From the NCBI RefSeq assembly GCF_009914755.1, contig NC_060931.1: a stretch of DNA of 64,000 bases; one strand, 5' to 3'. Origin of the DNA: the human T2T-CHM13v2.0 reference genome, Homo sapiens. Positions within the stretch are counted from its first letter, which is position 1. Every line of letters begins with the position of its first letter. The position numbers were made by a program, and so were the translations under genes. The notes beneath the pieces are model-generated. The model saw only the letters and a program-made list of their open reading frames with translations. It was not told the origin of the DNA and made no database searches. Positions 1 to 15,702 of the stretch are shown piece by piece.

Positions 1-458
1 CAAAACATGGAGCTGCATGACATTATCAAGTTAGCCAATTGTCACACTTTAGCAATCTTAATGTTTGTATGCTTGCTTTTTAGATCTAAAATTATATATC
101 AGGAAAAAAATTATTGACCTACTGATTTAAGGATTAATATTTAGCTTTTCTAGAGTAGTTGAAAATGTTCTGAATGCTTTCTATGAAAATCATCTAATTA
201 TAAATAACTAAGATTTTATTACATGTTCCCAGATTTCGTTATTTTAAAATTATTTTGTATGCATCGATCACAATACTTTTACCACACTAATAATATAATA
301 TGTCTACTTGTGTTATTTGAATTTTGTTGGTTACAGAAGTATGATAAACAAATAGAAAAAGAACATTGTTATTTTGACTAATTGTGTACTTTCTTATTAA
401 AGTTTACATGCTGATTAATGCTAAGGCAATTCTTTAGAAGATAACATTTGAATTTCTA

Positions 459-845
<387 letters not shown>

Positions 846-1601
846 TCAAATACCAAAAATGCATAATTTAATTAGAATTTAAATTAAAGCAAATAAGCAA
901 AATAGCCCAAATTTCGGAGATCATAACTAACAGTGTTAACTGACATACTTTTATTAATAATGCAAATGTAAAAGAAATGTGTATACACAAATGAATTTAA
1001 AATGGAAAATAGTTTCGAGACTTCTTCAGTATTTGTCTTACAATGAATTTAATGTTGATCATTTAAATTTAAGATGAGCATATAAATCAGAGCAAGATGA
1101 TTAAAAAAGTATTTAAGGCTACCAAATATATTTCATATCTGACTTCAACATCAACTTTTATTGTTTAATTTTGGTTTCAGGGCCTTTTCACAGAGTTCTA
1201 ATACATCTGAAATATATACCTTAAATCAACTACCTATATTATATTTCAGGATGTTAATTGGATCATAGCATTTACTTGCATTAAAAATTATGCAGTGTTG
1301 GTTGGAAAATCAAGTGAAAAGATTGAAGAAAAGTGGAAGAATGGTGGGATAGAATGATTATCAAACTCTTGTTGATTTAAAGTTAGATATTAAAGTAGAG
1401 AAGAAGTTTTATTATCTTTCTGATACCAAAATCTGTTAATATTCTAATAACTTGATTTCCATTTATGAGAGACAAGTTCATTATCTGAAGTACTAAATAC
1501 ATTGTCAGTTACAATTAAATCAGAGTGGTTTGACAAGGATTTTTTAAATTCAGTGGCAAGTGATACAACTATAGTATTTTTAATTGTGCTATGTGTTTTA
1601 G

Positions 1602-1733
1602 GTATTTGTGAAGTGTCATTTTGATTATAATCCATACAATGACAACCTAATACCTTGCAAAGAAGCAGGATTGAAGTTTTCCAAAGGAGAGATTCTTCAG
1701 ATTGTAAATAGAGAAGATCCAAATTGGTGGCAG
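1602..1733 (+). CDS. PALS2: PALS2/MPP6 coding exon, SH3 N-part ([44 protein letters not shown])
   Basis: ttttag|GTA acceptor, CAG|gttagt donor; 132 nt, phase 0-0; SH3 motifs FDY...L.F..GE.L....D..WW. Confidence 0.97.
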
Positions 1734-3599
1734 GTTAGTATGCTTCTCAGAAGTTCCTCAGCTACTTTTCTAATTTTAATCTTAGATCTGATCAATATCT
1801 GAATAGTCAGGAAGAATATTAGCATTTGTTACAATGATTTTTCCCACATGAACAGCTCCTGCTTCGTGGCTACTAATTTTGTGGACATAAGATCAAATTG
1901 GGAGGGAATTTGCAACTTAATAAGTGCAGAATTAACCAGCCTGTGGCACTAACCCATTGGTTTAGGGATTAGACCAATTGGTTTTTTTCACATGGGTAAT
2001 TGCATTAAAATATGCTATTGGCCAAGAAGAACTCACTTGGGTCATCCCTTTTCAAAAGATAACTTGGGTTTTGTTTATTTTAAGTAGGAGACTTTTACTG
2101 TGAAATAAGTGTGTCTCTTGTCTCCTCTCCCTCATGTTCGTTCATAGCAAGTAAAGCATCATTTCTTAAGGTCTTAATGTCTATTTGCTCCCCTCTTCTC
2201 AGATATTGGGAAATGGAGGTTCACTCTATCAGTTTTGTTTGGTTTTGGATTAAAATCTGTGTATATGGAAAGAGATGTGTATTATCACTGTATTTTTCCC
2301 TCCTTTTTTCAGAAGATCTGTTTAATGGTATTCTTTTTTCTTCTCCTAATGCAGCTTTCAGAAACCCCTAGCAGCAGTAATAAGTCTGTTTTTGTAATGG
2401 TTTATGTTAGCTAACAACCACAATATTCAGAACTGGAAAAACTGACAGGTCAGGAAGTCTGAAATGCCTTAAACTATCAAAGCAAATGAGAGTTTTACTA
2501 AAGAACAAGGAGTAAGAGGAAAGGATCCAGGACTTAGCACCAAATTCTAAAATTAACTGAGATGTTGGTAACTCACATTAGCTCTAAATTATAGATCTAC
2601 TTCTAAGGAGAAACAAATCACAGAATGAGAACAATCTTACTTATGTGTCCTTAAATTTAACTTAAAACATTATGTATAAGTGCACTATGTGTTGAGACAG
2701 CTAAGAAATGGGTAAATTAAACAGAATCCATGATTTCAAGAGGTTTCCCCTGAACTTTTTTTAGATCCCTCATTTAAAAAATCTCTCTGTGGCTGTTTCC
2801 TTTATTGAATTATTCCAGTTTTCCATTTTTTTTCTTTTTCCTATGAATACGATCTCTTAGTTTTCTCTTCTAACCTGTCACCATTCTCTCAGTTTCTCCC
2901 TGCATTTTGATAGTTGGTTACTTTAATTCTGTTTTTCAGGATTTTAAGTGCTTAAAGTTATACTAGATTTTCTATGCTAGTTGTAAGGATAGAAATACTA
3001 ACTTTGTGAGATAAACCACTAACAGCCAGTTCTCCAGCCACTATTTTAAAATATTTCTCTTTGGAGCTTATTTTAAGTTAGCTGTTTTACATTAGGTGAA
3101 GTTTCGCCTAGTTTAAACTTACAAACTCTTGGGATATTCAGACTCCTGGTGGCATAAATTAAAATCTACACTTTATATTCCACATAGTATCTCCTTTTCA
3201 TTTGGTTTGGCCTGAAATACCAACATAGTAGGATTAAGGTTGACAGTAAATATCTTACTAAAGGGTGCTAGATAAAATGTCCTGTTAATACATCTTATTT
3301 AGAATAGCATTTTCCTTTTCTAACTTAGTATCATAAATAAGAAGTTTTAGCAATTTAATTTGTATTTTGGTCCCCACATTTCACTACCAGATGACAGATA
3401 TGAAGAATTTTAGGTGCCAATTGATTCTTCAGTGCTGAATTGTTTAAATATCTTAACTGACAATGCTATGGATTTAAATCTCAAGGTTGTTTTTAAGAGC
3501 AAATGTGACTTTTTTGACTGACCACTGCTTGTCTTACTTAATAGAATATGGTCTCAAATTTTGGTCACTGAGATGTACAATTCATTAATTTGATTCTAG

Positions 3600-3699
3600 G
3601 CTAGCCATGTAAAAGAGGGAGGAAGCGCTGGTCTCATTCCAAGCCAGTTCCTGGAAGAGAAGAGAAAGGCATTTGTTAGAAGAGACTGGGACAATTCAG
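3600..3699 (+). CDS. PALS2: PALS2/MPP6 coding exon, SH3 C-part (ASHVKEGGSAGLIPSQFLEEKRKAFVRRDWDNS)
   Basis: ttctag|GCT acceptor, CAG|gtgatg donor; 100 nt; GLIPS SH3 motif. Not in the ORF track. Confidence 0.95.
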
Positions 3700-3857
3700 G
3701 TGATGAGCTCGACACAATAAGTAACAAGCAGTCCTTTGTGACCACCTTTCTTTGTCTCTTTTGTCTAAATAAGCAAATGCATTTATTTAAAATATGTCTA
3801 GAATGAATCCCTCCCTCTGCTTTCTCTCGCTCATAAGTAATCTTTTTTGATCCCGTT

Positions 3858-3871
3858 CTGCCACCTGCTGG
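3858..3871 (-). promoter_or_regulatory. Candidate CTCF site
   Basis: CCAGCAGGTGGCAG on -, 14/14 match to core CCASYAGRKGGCRS. Confidence 0.5.
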
Positions 3872-4032
3872 TAGAGTATCAAAATTCAGTGGCTTAACTC
3901 ACCTCCACCCTCTTTTGCTTCCTAGGATGCCACATTGGGGAGATAATTCTCCCACCCCTGTAAAATACTATAGGGCAATTTTTTCATATTCTGATATACT
4001 GCTTAAGTTATATTTGTTTTATCATCCTTCAG

Positions 4033-4101
4033 GACCTTTTTGTGGAACTATAAGTAGCAAAAAAAAGAAAAAGATGATGTATCTCACAACCAGAAATGCA
4101 G
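4033..4101 (+). CDS. PALS2: PALS2/MPP6 coding exon, HOOK region (GPFCGTISSKKKKKMMYLTTRNA)
   Basis: ccttcag|GA acceptor, CAG|gtaggt donor; 69 nt, phase 1-1; basic KKKKK HOOK (protein 4.1-binding type) motif. Confidence 0.96.
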
Positions 4102-4589
4102 GTAGGTTTTAAATACTTTTTGAGAAGTCCAAGTGAAGTAGCTATATGTCATTTAGTGTGGCATAAACTCTGAATATACAGCTTTAAGTGAGTGTAATTC
4201 AGATTAGTACCTAGTTGCAAGGGGCTGACATATGAACACATGGTGCAATATAATATAAATTATTTAAAACCCACATTATATATACTACCATGTGCTTTAT
4301 TTTGTGAGTATAGTTTACAACACAAAACAAATTGGTTAAGATTTTTGTTTGTCTTAATCAAGAAGCAGTATCATAATTGAAACTATTTGTCCAGAGAATT
4401 TTGAAATAGTAATTTATGTGCCATTTCTAAAGGATAGAATGCCTTTGTCAAGATGTTAAAAGAGTTATGTTTAGGGCAACTGTATCCTGCCATAACACTG
4501 ACCATGATAGTTTTAGAAAAATAGCACTGGACCAAATAAATCTTAGTCTGATCTAATAGAATTCTGTCTTAAATCTTTTAGTCATACAG

Positions 4590-4770
4590 AAAGAAATATA
4601 TTTAAAAAGAAAGAAATGGTAACTATATGAGGTGATGGATATGTTTAATAGCTTGATCGAGGTAATCATTCACATTGTACACATTCATGAAAACATCAAG
4701 TTGTACACTTTATATACAATTCCTGTTTGTCAGTTGTACCTCAGTAAAGCTGAAAAGATTTTTAAAAACA
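4590..4770 (+). mobile_element. Old L1M 3'-end fragment
   Basis: ggtaactatatgaggtgatggatatgtt...gtcagttgtacctcagtaaagctg resembles L1MA/MB 3'UTR ends. Confidence 0.7.
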
Positions 4771-5664
4771 ATGTAAAATAAGACCCCAGACCTGGATTGG
4801 CTACTCATTGGCTATTAAAAATAAATAAATAGGAAAGAAGGGAAAGAATGGAAACTACTATATTTATTCTTCCCAGTTGCAGAGGATGACAGAAATAAAA
4901 AACAGCTCTATGAATCAGAAATTTCTGGAGGCTTAATCAAAGGAGTTGGCAATTTTAAAAGTACTTTCTTGACTTCAGAGCTACCTCTATGCTGGTAATA
5001 AACTAAATAGCACACCATAAAAGAAAATAATATAGAAGGAAGAAGTAGGCTTGCTTTCTCTTAATATTGGTTTAATCTACTGTGGGGAAATTGTGCAAAG
5101 AAAGAGTTACTATTAGGATAATAAGCTAAGGAAGGAGTGTTATTACTACAGATTGAGAGTTACAGTAATAACAGGTAATATAATATTTCAAATCATCACT
5201 TTGGCCCTATTATTCATAAAATATATGCCCATAAGGCTTTTTTGCAAAATAGAAAATTTGTAATTTTCCCATCGACTAAGATTATAATTTTGGGTTATGT
5301 TTCTAGTGAAACAGTTGGATCTAAAATTTATTTTATATGTAAATTTCAAAATCTTAATATTTAAATGTATGTTGTCAGTAAATGTCAGTATGTTGAATTC
5401 TAATCAAACTGATAATTGTTGATTTGCCATACAATATTTATTCATTTATATAATTGGAAGGTCACTTGTTCTGTGGAACTTACTTAAGCAACCACGCTAG
5501 GTTTACTCCTGTCCTCCGTATTTGCTACATGCTTTCTATATATACTGGTTTGTAATTTGATTATTTATATTAAAGGATTTTTACTGGCAAATTGATAATA
5601 AGTTTCAGTGGATAGAATCTCTGATAAGTAAGGATAAAACATAGAATTTTTCTAGCTTGATTAG

Positions 5665-5976
<312 letters not shown>

Positions 5977-6046
5977 CGATTAGACAAATTTTTAAGGGCA
6001 AATGGATGGAACCAGATGTTTAAAGCAAGATATAAAATAATTTACT

Positions 6047-6330
6047 GGGGCAGGCACAGTGGCTCATGCCTATAATCCCAGCACTTTGGGAGACTGAGGC
6101 AGCAGGATCATTTGAGGCCAGCAGTTTGAGACCAGCCTGGGCAACATAGCAAGATCCCATCTCTACAAAAAAAAAAATTAAAAATTAGCTGGGTATAATG
6201 GCTCATACCTGTGGTTTCATTTACTCGGGAGGCTTCATTGAGCCCAGGAGTTCAAGGGTACAGTGAGCTAAGATTGCACCACTATACTCTACCCTGGGTG
6301 ACAGTGAGCCCCGGTCTTAAAAACAATAAT
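6047..6330 (+). mobile_element. Alu (J family)
   Basis: Diverged Alu with J-type GGCAACATAGCAAGA; flanked by ATAAAATAATT repeats. Confidence 0.9.
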
Positions 6331-6509
6331 AAAATAATTATTATTTATTGTACTTTACCAAATTTGTAAAAACAAATCTATGCTAAGTGGGTACAAGTCA
6401 AGTGATATTTAACTATCAAGACAGCTAAGCCATTACTAGACAGAATTGCAGAGATTTCTTTCATGTATATAAAAGTTGACTTTGTATTCCCATTTCCTTT
6501 TTCATTTAG

Positions 6510-6671
6510 AATTTGATCGTCATGAAATCCAGATATATGAGGAGGTAGCCAAAATGCCTCCCTTCCAGAGAAAAACATTAGTATTGATAGGAGCTCAAGG
6601 TGTAGGCCGAAGAAGCTTGAAAAACAGGTTCATAGTATTGAATCCCACTAGATTTGGAACTACGGTGCCAT
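6510..6671 (+). CDS. PALS2: PALS2/MPP6 coding exon, start of GUK domain (EFDRHEIQIYEEVAKMPPFQRKTLVLIGAQGVGRRSLKNRFIVLNPTRFGTTVP)
   Basis: catttag|AA acceptor, CAT|gtaagt donor; 162 nt, phase 1-1; YEEV and degenerate P-loop GAQGVGR. Confidence 0.97.
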
Positions 6672-9600
6672 GTAAGTTTTCTGTGTTTTCCTTGCTATGC
6701 AATTGGCAGGAAAGAGTATGGGCATATGGAGGAAAGGGGGATTATTATCATTAGTTATTGTTATTCCCAAATAAGTTTTCTTTATGGCAGTGAAAGTGAA
6801 CAAGTAAAAGACATTGAAAAATTTAGTAATTCTGTAGCTGTCTTGAAATAGTGCTGCAGTGCTGTTGGCTTGCTGTCTGGTGGCAAGTGCTTCTCTAAAC
6901 TATTCAGTTCAGAAATGTTAGAATTAAATGCCTACATTTAAGACTCGTGGCAAGATAGGCATTTAGGATTTTCTTGTACTGATGTCTATCTAAAAAGTTG
7001 GATTTTTCAGCCATTTTAGTGTAAAGAAAAGGGGAAAGCTTCTGACCCTTGGACATACCCAGTGTGGCAACAGCTGTGTGAACTTACGTGGCCTGGCTTG
7101 TAGCTCTCAGTCATGCAAGGTCATAAACCTGATTTTTGATAGCACATAAGAGTGATTCATCTTTTACTGCAGGCAGCATTCATTAAGGTTACAGAGTCTG
7201 ATGTATAGAATAAAATAGTACTGATGAGAAGTATAACCATTAAGTGAACCAAGCACTCATTTTATGGTCTTTGCATTCATTTCTCTATTTGCATATTTAC
7301 ATAGAAAGTTAAATAATCATGTCAGAAGTATGCTTGATGAGAATGGAATTAGATCAAGGAATTGGATGATGTTAGTGATTTACTGTAATGACTAATACAC
7401 ATTTGTCTCTGACTGTAGGGACTAATAAACATTTGTCTTTGTTTTTGAAATACGTGGATCTTTACTTGTGAACTTAGATGTTCTCTCCCTTGAAGAAAGC
7501 AGGAGATAAGCTAACATTGCTTTCATTCCCATTGCTGTGCTTCTATTTCTGACCAAGCCCCCTTTTAACATGGCATTCCTTTAGGTATATTAATGCCTTT
7601 AAGCTATTTTGAGTCAAATCCTAGGCTAACTTTAACCCTATCTCTTTTAATTGAATTTTAGAGTTTCCCTGGTTTTGTCCAGTATATTTTGGGTTTAATT
7701 CTCAGTGAGTACTCTTATTGCTAAAATTCTTAAAAGTTAGGGAAATAGCCTTGTCATTGCCCCCCTGTGCTACTTATAATCCCTTCAGTGTAAATCTTCT
7801 GATTCTACTGCAGGCATTGTAAATCACTAAATTTAGACAAATCCTACTAAAGTGGTTAACAGAACAAAAACTTCACTGTAATCAACGTATGTTAAAGCTG
7901 CACTTGTGAAGTAAAAAGTTTTTCGCTTTTATCAAATTCATATGTGCCCAATATTTTTAGCAAGTAGTTCTTAAAGACATATAATGGGGAAAAAAATAAC
8001 CCCTTCTCTTCCCCTGCCTCACTTATGAAAAACAGTCACTTTTCATTGTTTTTGCTATTTCTTTTGGTTGTGTTCCATATTTCTTAATAATGTCTTTAGT
8101 CTGCTGTTTCCTGCTTTATGCAGTTTAGGCCTTATCTGTTGACTTCCTGACTGTCCTTCCAATATAAAGATAGCTGTATTTTCAGTTAGTTCAATTTCAC
8201 TTTCTTGAACAGCCCTTTCCCCTTCTGTGACCCAGGAATCTCTGGAGTTCTGTTTTTCTTTATACTACCTGATTTTATATATATATGTGTATACAGTTTT
8301 TTGTTGTTTTTTAAACTAAAGACTTGTTTATCCAGTAAGTCAGGTTCTTTTTTTTTTTCCTGGAGACCTCTGTCTCAGAACCCTCTGTCTTTCTGCTTCA
8401 ATGAGGACTACATGCTGTCTCTCTGGCTGCCCAGCTGTTAACACTGGAGTAGTTCCCTTTGTTGTTATCCTGGGTTGAAGCTGTTGTTCCTGGATCCCAT
8501 TCTTTCTCTTTCTTGGTTTATCACCTTGTTTTGCTGGGGTACATCCTCTTGTATGTGGAATGTAATGTCTGCATCTTTGTGTTTTAAAATGTATATTTTC
8601 TGCCCTTTATTTGACTAATTAGCAGAGAATAGAATTCTGGATTGTAAAATTCAAAAGCTGTTACAACGTCTTCATCATCGCCAAAAGAATCTCTGTACCC
8701 ATTTCCCACCAACTTCCTCACCCCCTGCTGCCAGGAGCAATCATGAATCTTTCTGTCAAAATAGATTTGCTTATTTTGGACATTTTATATACTGGAGTTA
8801 TACAATATGTGGTGTTTTGTGACTGGCTTCTTAACATGTCAGATCTCATCTGCATTGTAGCATTTATCAGTACTTATTTTCTTTTCCTTGCTAAGTGATT
8901 ATTATATGGCTATACCACATTTTATTTATATATTCATCAGTTGATGGACATTTGGACTGTTTTATTTTTAGCTATTGTGAATAATGCTACACTCAGCATT
9001 TGTATACAGGTATTTGTGTGGACATATGCCTGTTTCTCTTGGGTATATACCTTGGAATGGAATTTGTAGGTTATATGATGACTGTATGTTTAGCCTTTAG
9101 AAGAACTTCCACACTGTTTTCCACAGCAGCTGTGTATATACCCTTCACAATCCCAGCAGCATATGAAGTTTCCAGTTTCTCTACATCCTCACCAACATTT
9201 GTCATCTGGCTTTTTGATTGTAGTCATCCTAGTGGGTGTAAAGTTGTATCTCATTTTGGTTCTCATTTGCATTTCCCTAATGTCTGATCATGTCAAACAA
9301 CTTTTCATGTACATATTTGCCATTTATATATTTTCTTTGGAGGAATGTCTGTTCAAACTGGTTGCCCATTTTTCAGTTAGGTTATTTGTCCTTTTCTTAA
9401 GCTGTAAGAGGAGGTCATATTATATTCTGGGTACAGGTTCCTTGTTAGATATGATTTGCACGTATTAATATTTTCTCTCATTCTTTGTTGACTTCTCGTG
9501 TTTTTGATGGTGTCCTTTGATATACAAAAGTTTTTCATTTTGATGAAGTCCAAATTTATATGTCTTTTGTTGCTCATGCTTTTCATATCGTATCAAGTAT

Positions 9601-10117
9601 GGTACCATATCAAGGCTTTCCCTAACCCAAGGCCACAAAATTTTACTCCTGTATTTTATTTTAAGAGTTTATACTACTGACTCTTACATGCAGATTATAT
9701 GATCAATTTTGTGTTCATTTTTGTGTCAAATGTGAGGAGGGGGTTCCAACTTTATTCTTTTGCTTGCACTTATCCAGTTGTCACAACACAATTTGTCAAA
9801 AAGAATAGTTCTTTCCTCCAGTGGATTGTCTTGCCACCCTTTTTGAAAATCAATTGATTGTAAATGTCAAGATTTATTTATAAACCCTCAGTTCTGTTCC
9901 ATTAACCTAGATGTCTGTCCTTATGCCAGTCCCACATTGTCTCGATTACTGTATATTTGTATTAAGTTTCAAAACCAGGAATTGTGAACCCAACTTGTTC
10001 TTTCTTTTTCAGCTTGTTTTGGCTCTTCTGGGTTCCTGACATTTCTATATAAATTATAAGATAAGCTTCCAGTTTCTGCAGAAAAGGTAGCTAGAATTTT
10101 AAGAGGGATTATATTGA

Positions 10118-10682
<565 letters not shown>

Positions 10683-12005
10683 TAGCAAAAAGTATTTTCT
10701 TAATTTCCTTTTTGGATTGTTCCTTGCTAGTGTACAGAAATAAACTGATTTTTGTGTGTTGGCTTTGTCTTTTAGCCTTATTGACCTCATTGATTCTAAT
10801 GATGATTTTTTTGTGTGGGTTCCTCAGGATTTTCTATATACAAAATCATGTCATCTGCAAATAGAGATCGTTTTACTTGTTTCTTTCCAATCTGGGTGCT
10901 GTTTATGTCGTTGTCTTGTCTACTTTCCTCAACTAGAACCTGCAGTGTAATGTGTAATAGTGTAATAGAAGTGGCAAAAGTGAACATCCTTGTCTTGTTC
11001 ATGATCTTAAGGAGAAAGGAGAAAGCATTCAATCTTTCCATTTTAGCTGTGGGTTTTTCATAGATGCCTTTCATCAGATTGGAGAAGTTCCCTTCTGTTC
11101 CTGCTTTGTTGGCTTTTTACCAAGAAAGGGTACTAGATCTTGCCAAATGCTTTTTCTTTGTTAATGGTTCATATGATTTTTGTTTTTTATTGTCTTCTAT
11201 TGATAGGATGTATTGCATTCATTGATTTTTATATATTGAACCAACCTTGTCTTTTTGTGGTAAATTCCATTTGGTTATGATGTGCCGTCTTTTTTTGTAT
11301 ACTTCTAGATTCAGTTGCTTGTAATTTGTAAGGATTTTTGCATCTATATTTATAAGGGATATTGGTCTATACATCTCATTACTTGTGATGTCATTGTCTA
11401 GCTTTGATATGGTAATTCAGGGCACATAGAATGAGTTGTGAAGTATTCTTTCCTCTTTCATTGTTTGGGAAGAGTATGTGAAGGATTAATTATAATTCTT
11501 TCAATGTTTGATGAAATTCACCCATGAAGCCATTTGACCCTGGGCTTTTCTTTGTGGGAAGTTTTGATTATTAGTTCAGTCTCTTTCCTTGTTATAGGTC
11601 AACTTGGATTTTTTTTAAAATCAGTTTCAGGATTTCTGCAGGGTTCATAGTAATGTTTTTTCTTTCATTTCTGATTTTAGAAATTTCGGTCTTCCCTCTT
11701 TTATTCTTAGTCTATGTAAAGATTTGTCAATTTGTTGATCTTTTCGGACAACCAAATTTTGCCTTTGCTGATTTTCTGTATTTTTTCTACTTTCTAATTT
11801 TTGCTATAATCTTTATTATTTTCTTTCTACTTGTACTTTGGGTTTATTTTACTCTCTGTTTTTTTAGATAGGAAATTAGATTATTGATTTGAGATCTTTT
11901 TTAACATAGGCATTCACAGCTATAAATTTCCCTCTAAGCACTTAGTTGCATCTTAAAGTTCTTGGTATGCTGTGTTTTTGTTTTCATTCATCTCAAAATA
12001 CTTTT

Positions 12006-12634
12006 GAGTGGGTTTTTTATATATATATATAAATAGGTTCAATGATACATGTCTCTGTAGATGGCTACAGAGACTTTAAAATTGTAATCCCGAATATGCA
12101 ACTATGCAACACAGACCAGTTAGCCAGATCTAAAATAATAAACTGGCTTCTTACAACAACTGTGCTGTTCCAACCCTTCTTCCCTCCACAATGACCTTAA
12201 ACCTTACATGAGTACAGTTAATATGGCAGAACGGGAACCCATCTTTGTGACCAAAAGTAAAAACCGAAGAAGAAATAGCAATTCATCCATTAGTTGGGGA
12301 AAGCAAGAAATGTAGTGCCCTTCACTGTGCTGCTTACTCTTACTCATTTTGTCCCTATTCTTCAGCCCATCCATGTTAGCTCTTAATATGTTTGAATTAG
12401 CCATATGATTCAGCTCTTCAGTGCTCACCACAGTGCTGATCTTTTTCCCATCAGTAGCTTTTAAGACAATTATCAAGGGCTTAAAGCCCTCCACAGAACC
12501 TTTTCTTAGAATGAATGGGTTTAGTTCAACCATCATACATCTTCAGGGTAATGAACATGCTGCTGGACAACTGGCACTCTGGAAGAGCCTGGTCAGCTCT
12601 GTCTGTAACTGTGCTCTTCAACAGCACCATCTCC
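12006..12634 (-). pseudogene. Processed pseudogene of SRP14 (signal recognition particle 14 kDa), frameshifted, nested in an old L1
   Basis: ATG at 12630-12628 (MVLLKS); FITLKMYDG*TKPI; RKGSVEGF; ATDGKKISTVVS; LRANMDGLK.RDK; stop at 12324-12322. Intronless, with SRP14-like 3'UTR, A-rich remnant at ~12013-12030 and 14-bp TSD TCTCAAA(A/G)TA(C/T)TTT at 11991-12004 and 12635-12648. Confidence 0.9.
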
Positions 12635-13373
12635 TCTCAAAGTATTTTCTTTCACTTGTGATTGCTTGTTTGATCCATTGGTTATTTGGGAGTATATTGC
12701 TTATTTTCCATATATTTTTGAATTTCTAAAATTTTCTGTTATAAAATTAAGGTGATTTAACTTTCTTTATATATTACAAAATGATCCTAAGATAAAATAG
12801 AAAAACATTGTTATTTTAGGGAGATGGGCTATGTTATGCATCCTGTTTTCAATTTAACATTGACATCTTGACATCTTGAGCTTAGTTAACAAATGAAGTA
12901 TTACTTTGTTGATTGTGTCTTCATTATTTGAAGAGCAGCTAAAATTGAGAATTTTGCCTATCATAAAAAATTACTTCTAAAAAATCACATTATGTAGTTG
13001 CGCAGTATAGAAGTCTAAGGAATCAGTTGTAGTCAAACCTTCATGTTCTAATTTCTCTGTTCTAGAAATGGAAAGCAGTTTAAATATGTGGCAACGTAGA
13101 TTGTTTTTTGAAGTGTTAGTAGAGAATAGGATTGTAGTTAAAATTCACTTGTAAACTAAAGAACATTTCTCTAAGAATTAAGATTCCCTCAGCATGGAGG
13201 TAGAGGTAATACATGTGCATATACATATTTATTTCAAGCAGCGCATTCCCCTATATGGTTTCACTGTAGGACTTCACCGAAAAAACATTAATTTTTAAAA
13301 TTAATGTTCACAATGTTGAACCAAGTCCTATTATGCATTTATTTGGGGAGTTACAAGTTGCCTTAGAAGTTTT

Positions 13374-15702
<2,329 letters not shown>

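Noticed and set aside
1596-1610. AG|GT at the start of the PALS2 SH3 exon (recursive-splice-like)
   Set aside because: The reconstituted donor GTATTT is weak and is explained by the Val codon; no other support.
9598-9609. 12-bp palindrome TATGGTACCATA, and short tandem doublets at 12861 and 39483
   Set aside because: Too short to exceed chance or ordinary slippage in 64 kb.
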